Assembly: GCA_964016885.1 (NCBI GenBank)
Contig: OZ024765.1
Coordinates: 23,064,001 to 23,128,000 of the forward strand
Reading direction: 5' to 3'
Source of the DNA: Eledone cirrhosa
Lineage: Eukaryota
Length of the DNA: 64,000 nt
Both the position numbers and the translations under genes were made by a program. The stretch's first letter is position 1; every line of letters starts with the position of its first letter. This document shows positions 23,801 through 36,114 of this stretch, in pieces. The notes beneath the pieces were generated by a model that was not told the origin of the DNA, did not search any database, and was given only the letters and a program-made list of their open reading frames with translations.

Positions 23801-25652
23801 CCTGGGTGCCTTTTGTCATGACACTAATACCACTTTACAGTGTGTCCTGGGTGCCTTTTGTCATGACACTAATACCACTTTACAGTGTGTCCTGGGTGCC
23901 TTTTGTCATGACACTAATACCACTTTACATTGTGTCCTGGGTGCCTTTTGTCATGACACTAATACCACTTTACAGTGTGTCCTGGGTGCCCTTTGTCATG
24001 ACACTAATACCACTTTACAGTGTAGACTGGGTGCCTTTTGTCATGACACTAATACCACTTTACATTGTGTCCTGGGTGCCTTTTGTCATGACACTAATAC
24101 CACTTTACAGTGTAGACTGGGTGCCTTTTGTCATGACACTAATACTACTTTACAGTGTGTCCTGGGTGCCTTTTGTCATGACACTAATACCACTTTACAG
24201 TGTGTCCTGGGTGCCTTTTGTCATGACACTAATACCACTTTACATTGTGTCCTGGGTGCCTTTTGTCATGACACTAATACCACTTTACAGTGTGTCCTGG
24301 GTGCCTTTTGTCATGACACTAATACCACTTTACAGTGTAGACTGGGTGCCTTTTGTCATGACACTAATACCACTTTACAGTGTGTCCTGGGTGCCTTTTG
24401 TCATGACACTAATACCACTTTACAGTGTAGACTGGGTGCCTTTTGTCATGACACTAATACCACTTTACAGTGTGTCCTGGGTGCCTTTTGTCATGACACT
24501 AATACCACTTTACAGTGTAGACTGGGTGCCTTTTGTCATGACACTAATACCACTTTACAGTGTGTCCTGGGTGCCTTTTGTCATGACACTAATACCACTT
24601 TACAGTGTGTCCTGGGTGCCTTTTGTCATGACACTAATACCACTTTACAGTGTGTCCTGGGTGCCTTTTGTCATGACACTAATACCACTTTACAGTGTGT
24701 CCTGGGTGCCTTTTGTCATGACACTAATACCACTTTACAGTGTGTCCTGGGTGCCTTTTGTCATGACACTAATACCACTTTGCAGTGTAGACTGGGTGCT
24801 TTTGTCATGACACTAATACCACTTTACAGTGTGTCCTGGGTGCCTTTTGTCATGACACTAATACCACTTTACAGTGTAGACTGGGTGCCTTTTGTCATGA
24901 CACTAATACCACTTTACAGTGTGTCCTGGGTGCCTTTTGTCATGACACTAATACCACTTTACAGTGTAGACTGGGTGCCTTTTGTCATGACACTAATACC
25001 ACTTTACAGTGTGTCCTGGGTGCCTTTTGTCATGACACTAATACCACTTTACAGTGTAGACTGGGTGCCTTTTGTCATGACACTAATACCACTTTACAGT
25101 GTGTCCTGGGTGCCTTTTGTCATGAAACTAATACCACTTTACAGTGTGTCCTGGGTGCCTTTTGTCATGACACTAATACCACTTTACAGTGTAGACTGGG
25201 TGCCTTTTGTCATGACACTAATACCACTTTACAGTGTAGACTGGGTGCCTTTTGTCATGACACTAATACCACTTTACAGTGTGTCCTGGGTGCCTGTTGT
25301 CATGACACTAATACCACTTTACAGTGTAGACTGGGTGCCTTTTGTCATGACACTAATACCACTTTACAGTGTGTCCTGGGTGCCTTTTGTCATGACACTA
25401 ATACCACTTTACAGTGTAGACTGGGTGCCTTTTGTCATGACACTAATACCACTTTACAGTGTGTCCTGGGTGCCTTTTGTCATGACACTAATACCACTTT
25501 ACAGTGTGTCCTGGGTGCCTTTTGTCATGACACTAATACCACTTTACAGTGTAGACTGGGTGCCTTTTGTCATGACACTAATACCACTTTACAGTGTGTC
25601 CTGGGTGCCTTTTGTCATGACACTAATACCACTTTACAATGTAGACTGGGTG
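20820..25652. repeat. 45-bp minisatellite (~107 copies) grown from a SINE/LINE 3' module
   Basis: Unit tacagtgt(ag a/gtc)ctgggtgccttttgtcatgacactaataccactt. It is preceded by ggatgcccttcctaac..catttacagtg of the SINE body. Confidence 0.95.
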
Positions 25653-25902
25653 CTTATATACACACACATATATATATATATACAAACAAAATTCAATTTA
25701 TCTTGTATATATTCATACATATACAGTGTACCCCTGTACACTGTATATGTATGAATATACATATACAGTATATTGTATATATATATATATACAATATATA
25801 GTGTACCCCCGACATTCATGGTCCAAGTTATTCGTGGAATTTTCCTTAGAACCTAACTAATAAGTGTTTGTGGAAACCACCACATATTCACAGAATTGTA
25901 AA

Positions 25903-26400
25903 TCATCATCATCATCATCAACGTTTAACGTCCGTGTTCCACGCTTGCATGGGTTTGGACGGGGGTTTTCCCACTTGAGGCAAGAGTGATTGTCTTGCTC
26001 GCATAGGACTGTCTGGCAGGTTTTCTACAGTTGGATGCCCTTCCTAACACCAACCACATTTACAGTGTGGGTCTGGGAGGTTTTTGCCGTGTTGCCTACA
26101 CGGCCACATTGCAGCGTGGACTGTGTGTTTTTTTTGTCGTGACACCTACACGATCTCATTTGTTTCGGCCTGGATGGTGTGGCACCAACATAACTTTACA
26201 TTGAAAGGGGCGGTGTGGATGGGGTGAGGGTGGTGGGACGGGGGTGTATTTTGTTAGAGATGCCTACTGACTGTAGTAGGTTTTACTTTGTATTTAGGTA
26301 AGGTGGGTCTTCTCTATTACTGAGTACCGCCAAAGGTCTCGGTCCAGTGACATTGTCTTGGAGAGGTGTAAGTGTGTGAGGTCGGAGTTTATCAGCTCGT
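25903..26400 (-). mobile_element. RTE subfamily 2, 3' end with long UTR
   Basis: Reverse complement of 44405-44876. Confidence 0.8.
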
Positions 26401-26791
26401 AAATATCTTCCACAATTTTTATATGGCTTTTTCATGGCAATATATTTGTATTTTTAACACTAAATTATTAACAACAATATACCGTATTTTCTGGCCTATT
26501 GGATGCCTTTTTGCATAAGTCGCTCCCTCTTTTTTTATTATATTTGATGTTATATTTTGATGTTTATAGGCATTTTTATGGACCACGTCCAATATTCGTG
26601 GTTTTTCACTCTTTGCAGGAGCTCTCGGACCCTAACTCCTGCGAATATCAGGACAAATGTAGTCGTAAAAGTAGAGGATTGACCCCAAGCTGAGCAGTTT
26701 TGGCTAGTTACCTCTTACATAAGCAATACAATGCGTGGAGGAGGTGAATGTCTTATGAAATGTTGATCATGTTCCTCTGTTTCTATTGCAG

Positions 26792-26962
26792 GTCCTACAT
26801 TCAGTATGTTTTGTGTGAACAACTTACTACTACCTACATTACAGTCCTGGTTACGTCGTAGCTACCATAACCAAATATACTGGGAGACCGGCTCCACTAA
26901 CTTCAAGCTGTGTTGTGGTCTTACAACAGATCTTTTGGTAGAATTTGTCTTGGAATTTTCTG
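26792..26962 (+). CDS. ARFGEF3: ARFGEF3 exon (GPTFSMFCVNNLLLP...NFKLCCGLTTDLLVEF)
   Basis: ttgcag acceptor and g|GTAAGA donor. 171 nt, phase 1 to 1. Confidence 0.92.
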
Positions 26963-27122
26963 GTAAGAAACCTTTCATGATGATCATCATCATCACCATC
27001 ATTATCATCGTCATTTTAGATCAGTATATATATATACATATATATCTATCGGTCTCTCTCTCTCTCTTTATATATATATATACATATATATATTTCTCTC
27101 TCTCTATAGATATATCTAGATA

Positions 27123-28081
27123 TCATCATCATCATCATCATTATCATCATCATCGTTTAACGTCCATTTTCCACTCTTGCATGGGTCTGGACGGGAGTTT
27201 TCCCACTTGAGGCAAGAGTGGTTGTCTTGCTCGTATAGGACTGTCTGGCGGGTTTTCTACGGCTGGATGCCCTTCCTAACACCAACCACATTTACAGTGT
27301 GGGCTGGAAGGTTTTTACCGTGTTACCTACACGGCCACATTACAGCGTGGACTGTGTGTTTTTTGTCGTGACACCTACACGACCTCATTTGTTTTGGACT
27401 GGATGTTGTGGTACCAACATAACTTTATATTGAAAGGGGTGGTGTGGGACGGGGGTGTATTGTGTTAGAGGTGCCTACTGACTGTAGGTTTCGCTTTGTA
27501 CTTAGGTAAGGCGGGTCTTCTGTATTACTGTGTAGCGCCAAAGATCTCGGTCCAGTGACATTGTCTTGGAGAGGTGTAAGTGTGTGAGGTCGGAATTTAT
27601 CAGGTCGTCGCAGGTTTTTCTGTGTCTGCCTACTCTGTGGTTACCGTCTATTTTTATTGCCCTGCACTTTTTTATACAGCTGTCGTCTTTCATGCGCATC
27701 ACGTGACCATACCAACATAGTCTTCTCTCGAGTAAACAACATCTGATCCCTCTTATTCCTAATTTCTCCCTTAGTTCGTTTATGCTTTGCCGTTCACGTA
27801 TATTACTATTACACATCCAGCGGAGCATGCAAGCTTCATTCCTCTCCAGTCTGCGTATATCCTCTGCACACAATGCCCAGGTCTCACTGTCATGCAGCAT
27901 TGCTGTTCGTATGCAGGCATCATACAATCTGCCTTTCATTTTTAGAGAGAACCCTTTAGCGGCTAATAGTGGTATAAGCTCTTTGAACTTTTTCCATCCA
28001 GTTCTGACTCTAGCTACTGTACTTTCAGAACACCCTCCACCACTGCTGATTTTGTCACCCAGGTAACGGAAGCTGTCCACT
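27123..28081 (-). mobile_element. RTE subfamily 2, 5'-truncated
   Basis: VDSFRYLGDKISSGGGC...DRDLWR peptide, 3' UTR and (GAT)n tail, flanked by (TA)n. Confidence 0.87.
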
Positions 28082-28539
28082 ATATATATATATATATGTA
28101 TGTGAGTGTGTGTGCATATAGGTATATGTATATATATATATATACGTTTATGTGTATATATATATATATGTGTGTGTGTATATATATATATGTATATATA
28201 TTTCATACATATACATAACCACATATATACGGTGCTGACTGCTTTTTCTAGCAAATACAGTACTTGCTAAATGTCCAGCCTTCACCTTCCTTCTATGGCT
28301 GATGTATCCCATAATTCCTCCTTCCTGAGAATTATTCACTTGTAATGGTTGGGTCAAGAAACAGTTTACTAAACTGAGGGGTCTCTTGATAAGCCTTATA
28401 ACCTCACAGCCATGGCGCACTCTTGTAATGCAGTATTGCTGCAAGACAATTGGTGAAACTGCAGTTGGGACTTTGAAGAAGAAATAGATATATTTTTGTC
28501 TATTATTTCCTTGCATTTATAATGATATATATATATATA

Positions 28540-30865
28540 TCATCATCATCATTTTACATCCGCTCTTCCCTGCTTGCAAGGGTGGGACGGGTCTTATTCA
28601 GCACAGCATCTCTCCACTCGTCTCGGTCCTTCGTCATCTCCACCGTGACCTTCAATGATCTGAGGTCTGTTTTCACCACCTCTGCCCATGTTTTTCGTGG
28701 TCTACCTCTACCACGTCTTCCTTCAACTGGCATTTCCTGGCACTTCTTCACCCATCGGTCAGCCTCCATGCGCATCACATGTCCATACCACCTCAGTCTC
28801 CTCTCCCATACACTACATTCTATCCCTCTCACACACAGTTTCTCTCTCAACACATTCATGCTGGGTCGTTCACGTACATTTACACTGCACATCCAACGGA
28901 GCATGCTTGCTTCATTTCTCTCCAGCCGTCGCATATCCTCTGCAGTTGCTGCCCATGTCTCACTACCATGCAGCATTGCGCTCCTCACACAAGCATCATA
29001 TAACTGGCCTTTCGTACGCAGGGAGAAACCCTTCTTCGTCAGCAGAGGAAGCAGCTCCCTAAACTTCTTCCAACCCGTCCTTATTCTAGATACTATGGCC
29101 TCGGACCCCCCCCCCCTGCCATGCTAATCTGATCTCCTAGGTACCGGAAGCTATCCACCACTTCTATAGCACCCTCCTGCATTTGAAAAATGTGTCTATC
29201 AATGTGACTTCTACTGTCTAATTTCCCTGTACATCTACTGCATACATATTTCTCCCTACCTGTTAGTTTGCCTGCTATCCCGCTACATCTCTTGTGTACC
29301 CAGGACCTACATTGTGTGCATTTTATAGAATTTATGCCAGTTCCTTTTCTGCATATCGAACATGGCCATTTCCCTGACGGAATCAGAGTTTTGTCCTCTT
29401 TTCTACTCATCAACACTTTTGTCTTAGCTAGGTTCACTCTCAGTCCTCTTGCTTCCAACTGCTGTTTCCATAGCCAGAATTTATTCTCTAGCTCCTCTAC
29501 TGATTCTGCTATAAGAACCAGATTGTCAGCATAGAGAAGTTCCCATGGACAGCCAGTCTTAAACTCCTCTGTTATGGCTTGGAGGACTATAATGAACAAG
29601 AGCGGGCTGAGGACCGAACCCTGATGTACTCTTACTTGTATCTGGAATTCTTCACTAAACTCCATTCCTACCCTGACTTTACTGACAGTACCTCTGTACA
29701 AAGTTTGCACTGTCCTCACAAGTCACTTCTCAACACCTAGTTTCCTTAGGGACCATCAGATGACAGATCAGGGTACCCTATCAAAGGCCTTCTCTAGGTC
29801 AACAAAGGCTAAATATAGTGGCTTATTTTTCTCTAAGAACCTCTCTTGCAATTGTCTCACCAAGAAGAGGGCATCTGTTGTACTCTTCCCAGGTACAAAA
29901 CCAAACTGCATCTCATCTGGTTTGACCCGTTCTCTAATTAGTTGTGCTAAAATCCTTTCTGCCACTTCCATAACCTGGTTCATCAGTTTTATACCCCTAT
30001 AATTGCTCCTCTCCAGAGCATCCCCTTTACCTTTGTAGCAATTTATGAGAATACTGCTGCACCAGTCTTTGGGTATGACACCGCCATATATAGCCTGATT
30101 GATGATGCGTGCAACCAGTTTAGTGCCTATGTCCCCTGATGCCTTCAGCATCTCAGCAACTATTCCCGATGGTCAAGCAGCCTTACCATTTTTCATTTCC
30201 TTAATCGCCTCTTGGACCCTATATTCGTCAATCTCAATAGCTGGTCCCTCTGTCGTATATACTAAGGGCAATTTCTCTCTCTCCCATTCGTTCTCCACAT
30301 TCATCAGTCTCTCATAATGACATTTCCAGGCCTCCTTTTTCTGATCATTCGTGACACTAAGTACACCGGCATCATTCCAGACACATTTATCTCCAACAAC
30401 ATCCTGACACACTGCCTTGCAATGTGGAACACCGCACGCCTCTGATCTTCCTGTCGCAGAACATTGGCAAACCTCCTACTCTCAGCCTCCCTGCGTGCTA
30501 AGTACACCTGACGTCTAGCTTCTCTCTTAGCGGATGTATATCCTTCTCTACTCCCACCCTTTTTCCAAGCCTTCCATGCTAGTCTTTTGTCTCTAATAGC
30601 CTTATCTACTGTGCTGTTCTACCACCAGGTCACTCTCTATCTGGTTGGAGCTCTGCTCCAGCCACAGGTTTCATCAGTAGCCTGCAGTAAGTTGTCACGT
30701 AAGAAATTCCAGTTATTATCTGTCATACGTCTCTAAATCGTCTTCTTTTTCGTCATATACATCTTGAAGGGCTTTCCTAAATTTATATTTTAGTGAAAGG
30801 TCTTTTAGCTTCCAGACCTTTCTTCTCCACACCTTCCTGTATGTCTCATTCCATCTCTTGCTTAC
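28540..30865 (-). mobile_element. RTE-clade LINE, disabled; near-identical inverted copy of 15.7-18.05 kb
   Basis: Same RT peptides (LYADN instead of LYADD), frameshifts and (GAT)n tail. Confidence 0.92.
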
Positions 30866-30870
30866 TATAT

Positions 30871-31105
30871 ATCATCATCATCATCATCATCATCAACGTT
30901 TAACGTCCGTGTTCCACGCTTGCATGGGTTTGGACGGGGGGTTTTCCCACTTGAGGCAAGAGTGGTTGACTTGCTCGCATAGGACTGTCTGGCAGGTTTT
31001 CTACAGTTGGATGCCCTTCCTAACACCAACCACATTTACAGTGTGGGTCTGGGAGGTTTTTACCGTGTTGCCTACACGGCCACATTACAGCGGGGACTGT
31101 GTGTT
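30871..31105 (-). mobile_element. RTE subfamily 2, 3' UTR fragment
   Basis: Matches 25903-26130. Confidence 0.75.
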
Positions 31106-31145
31106 ATATATATATAGTTATGTAATAAACAACATAAGATAATTA

Positions 31146-31207
31146 TTTCATTTACCAGCGGTTTCTTGAAACCAAGCAAAATTTGCTTTCAGTCATCAGA
31201 ATGAAAA
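31146..31207 (-). ncRNA. Type I hammerhead ribozyme motif (Penelope-type)
   Basis: Minus strand: tttcatt-CTGATGA-ctgaaagcaaattttgcttggtttcaa-GAAA-ccgctgg-TA-aatgaaa. Confidence 0.7.
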
Positions 31208-31257
31208 AATCCTGGTGTATTTATGAAAATCCACTGTCAATAAAGACACCAGGATTT

Positions 31258-31318
31258 TTTCATTCTGATGACTGAAAGCAAATTTTGCTTGCTTTCAAGA
31301 AACCACTGGTAAATGAAA
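31258..31318 (+). ncRNA. Type I hammerhead ribozyme motif, sense to the host pre-mRNA
   Basis: Stem I tttcatt/aatgaaa, core CTGATGA, stem II tgaaagcaa/ttgctttca, GAAA, stem III acca-c-tggt. Predicted GUA cleavage after 31311. Confidence 0.78.
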
Positions 31319-31427
31319 TAATTATCTTATGTTGTTTATTACATAACTAATAAGCTCTGTAACCTACATAGAGCACTCTTTTTTCCTGGACCTTTCCGAC
31401 AGAATTACTTCATTTACACATATATAT

Positions 31428-31920
31428 AAAAAGGTGCAGAGCACTAGAAGTTGATGGAAACCGCGGAGTGGAGAGACCCAAGATGACTTGGGATGAGGTG
31501 ATAAAAGCCGACCTTACCCAACTACACCTCTCAAAGTCAATGACACACGACCGTGACTTCTGGCGTCACGCAGTAATACAGGGTACCCGACCTCCCATGG
31601 GTACATGCTGAAGCATATAAACAATATGCCCCCACTCCCCCCACCGCAAGGTGGTCGTGGAGGTGCCACGGCAAAAAAGCACCCAGCCCACACTGTAAAG
31701 TGGACGTGTAGGCGCCACGAAAAAGCACCCAGCACTCACTGTAAATGAGGTTGGTGTTAGGAAGGGCATCCAGCTGTAGAAATCAAGCCAGATCAGTTCC
31801 TGTATGAGCAAGGCATGGTCAGCCGACCAGACACTGCCCATAACAGGACAACCCGTCTAACCCATGCTAGCGTGGAAGAACGGACGTAAAACTGTGATGA
31901 TGATGATGATGATGATGATA
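31428..31920 (+). mobile_element. RTE 3' end with SINE-like UTR module and (GAT)n tail
   Basis: Homologous to 45580-45790; contains ggttggtgttaggaagggcatcc. Confidence 0.75.
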
Positions 31921-32647
31921 GATAGATAAATAATTACAACAGTGACTTAAACAGGTACTCATGTTTCGTTGGTTTCTGGACCCCAACTCATTCAGCTTGT
32001 CATGAGAAAAATAAACTCGTCCTATGGACTGAGTGCTCTAACCCTTGGATATTTGCACCTAACTTTTACTACAGTATATATATCACACTTCCATAGGTAT
32101 CACTCACTAAACCTAACACAAACTCTACATGAACACGTATTTAATAGACTGACGTGTTATACTCTGGTATAGCTAACTTGGTCAATAATTAGGCTTAATA
32201 AGCTTTTCTTTTTTTCTATCCTTTTCCAACCCCTTATTTTATATTTTTTATAGCATTGGTAAAAATATATATTTGTTTCTTTAATTATATTGTTCTTAAA
32301 AGATTGTCATATTAACTCGTTTAAGTGATTTTTGCACATTGTCGTATCACACACAATATAATATATAGAAATAAACACACAAAGAAGTGTGTTTTGAATT
32401 AAATGGGTTGAAAAACCACTCTGTCGCAATGTATATAATCTATGAACAAATGGAAAATACTTGATAACCGGAAAAAATGAATTAAAATGTACTAATCATT
32501 TCAATAACTATTAAATTCCTGGACAAATTACAGTTTGTTTTGCCATAAATTTGTGTCTGTATCATATAACCCTAGGGCTTCTCAACAGGAGTTAGGATTA
32601 TATGAAGAGCACACCTAGAGATATATGCTGCTATCTTTTCTTCACAG

Positions 32648-32765
32648 ACGACCCCAAGAACCAGAAGACTCTAGAAACGATGCTGTTTAAGTTATTTATC
32701 GTCCTTATAGAGTGTGTGGCTCAACCCGTGGAGGTGATTTCACGACTGGGATGTTCCTGTATCAG
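32648..32765 (+). CDS. ARFGEF3: ARFGEF3 exon (DDPKNQ...ECVAQPVEVISRLGCSCIR)
   Basis: cacag acceptor and ag|GTATTT donor. 118 nt, phase 1 to 2. Confidence 0.92.
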
Positions 32766-32835
32766 GTATTTCAACTATTACAACCATACTAGGCATGTAT
32801 GTATGTGTGTGTATATATAATGGGTGATGATTGCT

Positions 32836-33058
32836 AGGTGAAGAAATGGCAGGAAATGCCTGTGGAAGGAAATTGCAGTAGAGGTAGACCAAGGAAGACC
32901 TGGGCAGAGGTGGTGAGAGCTGACCTCAGATCGCTGAGACTTACAAAGGAGATGATGAAGGAACATGTTAAGTGGAGAGAATCTGTACTGAAAAAGGTCC
33001 CATCAAACCCATGTAAGTGTGGAAAAACTGACGTTAAAACGATGATGATGATGATGTT
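32836..33058 (+). mobile_element. RTE 3' fragment
   Basis: RGRPRKTWAEVV peptide and (GAT)n tail. Confidence 0.8.
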
Positions 33059-33093
33059 GTTGACTGTTTTTTTTTGTTGTTTTTTCATTGTAG

Positions 33094-33322
33094 ACACATT
33101 GTGTTAGCCTCTGGACATTGCTTCACGGAAGGGATGTGGCAGGTGACAATTGACAGCTTTGAGAAAGCTTTCGAGGTGACCACTTATAGCTTACGTCAAC
33201 TAATGATGTTGTTTCATCAAAATTCTGAGAACTTCTACGGGGACATAGGCCAGGTGAAGGTTGCCACCCGAAAGGACTGTACACCTATTGCCCTAGAACG
33301 GCTGCGACAATTAGCACAACAG
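33094..33322 (+). CDS. ARFGEF3: ARFGEF3 exon (RHIVLASG...FYGDIGQVKVA...LAQQ)
   Basis: ttgtag acceptor and cag|GTAACC donor. 229 nt, phase 2 to 0. Confidence 0.92.
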
Positions 33323-34362
33323 GTAACCTTAATAACTTCTACCTTTAACCCTTTAGCATTTACATTACTCTATATATACTATTGTATTTTCACAGTAAAG
33401 GCTTTACCTCACATAATATTTCACATAACATTTACATTACTCTATATATACTATTGTATTTTCACAGTAAAGGCTTTACCTCACATAATATCTCACATAA
33501 CATTTACATTACTCTATATATACTATTGTATTTTCACAGTAAAGGCTTTACCTCACATAATATCTCACATAACATTTACATTACTCTATATATACTATTG
33601 TATTTTCACAGTAATGTCTTTACCTCACATAATATCTCACATAACATTTACATTACTCTATATATACTATTGTATTTTCACAGTAAAGGCTTTACCTCAC
33701 ATAATATCTCACATAACATTTACATTACTCTATATATACTATTGTATTTTCACAGTAAAGGCTTTACCTCACATAATATCTCACATAGCATTTACATTAC
33801 TCTGTATATACTATTGTATTTTCACAGTAAAGGCTTTACCTCACATAATATCTCACATAACATTTACATTACTCTATATATACTATTGTATTTTCACAGT
33901 AAAGTCTTTACCTCACATAATATCTCACATAACATTTACATTACTCTATATATACTATTGTATTTTCACAGTAAAGGCTTTACCTCACATAATATCTCAC
34001 ATAGCATTTACATTACTCTGTATATACTATTGTATTGTCACAGTAAAGTCTTTACCTCACATAATATCTCACATAACATTTACATTACTCTATATATACT
34101 ATTGTATTGTCACAGTAAAGGCTTTACCTCACATAATATCTCACATAACATCTCGTATACGAGAGACGTGTGTTGACGTGTGTGAACAAGCTCGGCTACC
34201 GAGTCGGATTTACTTACTCAAAAAGTGAGTTTTGATTAATTTTTTTATACTGTAATATACGTTAACCCCTTGCCTTGGTCGTCAAACTTTGAGTTTATTT
34301 ATTTTCGCCCCTTTTTGGGGCGAATTTTCCAGTTAAAAATTTATTACGGCAAACTAATAGAA

Positions 34363-36093
34363 ATGGACGGAATTTTCACATCTCATCCTAACGTGAAAGC
34401 CACGCCCCCTAAGAAAGGTGATACAGAGAAGCTAGAAGCACAAGGCTCTAAGTCTTCCCTCCTGACTTCTGCAAAAGAAACATGGAACATGGAATTAAAA
34501 GAAAAATTTGAAAAAATGGGTGAAAACCCAGAAAGTCACATAAACGCAGACAAAAACAACAACGACAATAACAGCAATAGTCACAACACCAACCAAGGAA
34601 AAAATAACGATAACACCAAACAAAGCGAACCCACTACTGGTACCTCCTTTGCACAGGCGGTCCGGAAAACACAAACCTGCAAGCAACTGAACATTACAAC
34701 TCTGAGAGAAAAGATGAAGGAAGCGAAACAGTATGTAACTTTTAAAGAAGGAGGAGACTTCACAATCACCTCCCCACAAGAAATCAAAAGAGACACGACG
34801 CTAAGAACGATATCTTTCAGAACAATTTCCAACATAACAAGGAAACCAACTCAATTATCCCAAAAAGAGATTGAGCTGGTCCTAAAAAATGTGTGGAGTG
34901 ATATATCGTTCATACAAAAAGGGCCACTCTATGGGAATATAACGGTCCTAATGAAGGATCAATTGACGGCCAGGAAATACTCTGTGGCACCAATTGTTTC
35001 CAAGCTACACACATTTTTCCCCACATATTTAGGGAAAAGAACGCAGAAGATAAGGGTCTCCGGAATCCGGCCAAATGCATGCATTTCCTGGGTACTAACA
35101 GGGTTTTTAGAAGACGAGGACGGAATCCTCTCAGTAGGAGAAGTCACCACAGACGTTTTCGGCGGTTTGAGCGTGGAGGTTCTGGTCCAAATGAGACCAG
35201 AACGAATCGCTAGAATACCACAGAGGGTGTCCCTCGATGGAGAAACATTTATATATATTTCAGCCGAGGGTAGGAGGCCCATATGTTACTACTGTTCAAG
35301 CAGGGGTCATCTAAGGGCTGCTTGTCCTCAATTGACAAAAAAAAAGGCTCTTTTGCCTACACCCCACACACCACCACCGCCACCACCACCTCCACCACCA
35401 CCACCACAACAACAACAAAAACAACAGGGAAAAATAACACAAGACACGGCCCCACCCAAAACAACTCCCAAAACACACACAAATACAACAAAACCCCAAA
35501 ATACACCACTACCCGACAGCACGGACGAGGACCCAGCGGAAACGGCACCTAGTGACGAAGAGGGGGAACCCTTCCAACCTGTAAAAAGGAAAAAAAGAAA
35601 GCACCACTCGAACATAAACGAAACAAACACACAACCACCAACAAAAACAAAACAAACAGAACAAACAAAATCCGCCCCACCCCAAAACATAACACATACA
35701 ACAAAACGTAAGCACACACAAGAACAACAAACAAACACAACACAAATAAAACAGTATACATACATTAACACAAATAACAAAGAACTAGTAAAAACAATAC
35801 ACAAAGACCCTTTGGTGGAAACTGAAGGACAATTCTTTGCAAGCGCGGCCAACAAACCGCATTTAAAAATGATAAGACTCCCAATGGACACCTATGCAAA
35901 ACTAAGAGAGAACTTTCCTGAGGACGTGGGGAAAACATGTACTCGACCCTATAACCGCGTCCTCTTGAAACGTTTCCCCACCCACACCTCACCAAACACC
36001 CCCACTCCACCACAGAACAACACCCCACCAAACAACCCCTCCAATACGCCCATGGATATTGTGCAACCTGCTCCTCAGGAGCCGAACAGGTAG
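34363..36093 (+). CDS. Tx1-like ORF1 (gag-like RNA-binding protein with a CCHC zinc knuckle)
   Basis: First ATG at 34363. CYYCSSRGHLRAAC knuckle, SFAQAV motif, basic KRKKRK patch and a low-complexity C-terminal half. Confidence 0.88.
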   Translation: MDGIFTSHPNVKATPPKKGDTEKLEAQGSKSSLLTSAKETWNMELKEKFEKMGENPESHINADKNNNDNNSNSHNTNQGKNNDNTKQSEPTTGTSFAQAVRKTQTCKQLNITTLREKMKEAKQYVTFKEGGDFTITSPQEIKRDTTLRTISFRTISNITRKPTQLSQKEIELVLKNVWSDISFIQKGPLYGNITVLMKDQLTARKYSVAPIVSKLHTFFPTYLGKRTQKIRVSGIRPNACISWVLTGFLEDEDGILSVGEVTTDVFGGLSVEVLVQMRPERIARIPQRVSLDGETFIYISAEGRRPICYYCSSRGHLRAACPQLTKKKALLPTPHTPPPPPPPPPPPPQQQQKQQGKITQDTAPPKTTPKTHTNTTKPQNTPLPDSTDEDPAETAPSDEEGEPFQPVKRKKRKHHSNINETNTQPPTKTKQTEQTKSAPPQNITHTTKRKHTQEQQTNTTQIKQYTYINTNNKELVKTIHKDPLVETEGQFFASAANKPHLKMIRLPMDTYAKLRENFPEDVGKTCTRPYNRVLLKRFPTHTSPNTPTPPQNNTPPNNPSNTPMDIVQPAPQEPNR

Positions 36094-36114
36094 GTCCTTC
36101 CTCTTTTAACCAAC

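Noticed and set aside
20820-25652. CRISPR-like array
   Set aside because: Units are head-to-tail with no unique spacers, there are no cas genes, and the context is a eukaryotic intron.
20791-25754. 1339-aa and 324-aa hydrophobic repeat ORFs
   Set aside because: They arise from a stop-free frame of a 45-bp intronic minisatellite derived from a SINE/LINE UTR; there is no gene structure.
26478-26670. TACCGTATTT Tc1/mariner-like terminus
   Set aside because: No matching second TIR could be identified by eye, so it is too weak to call.
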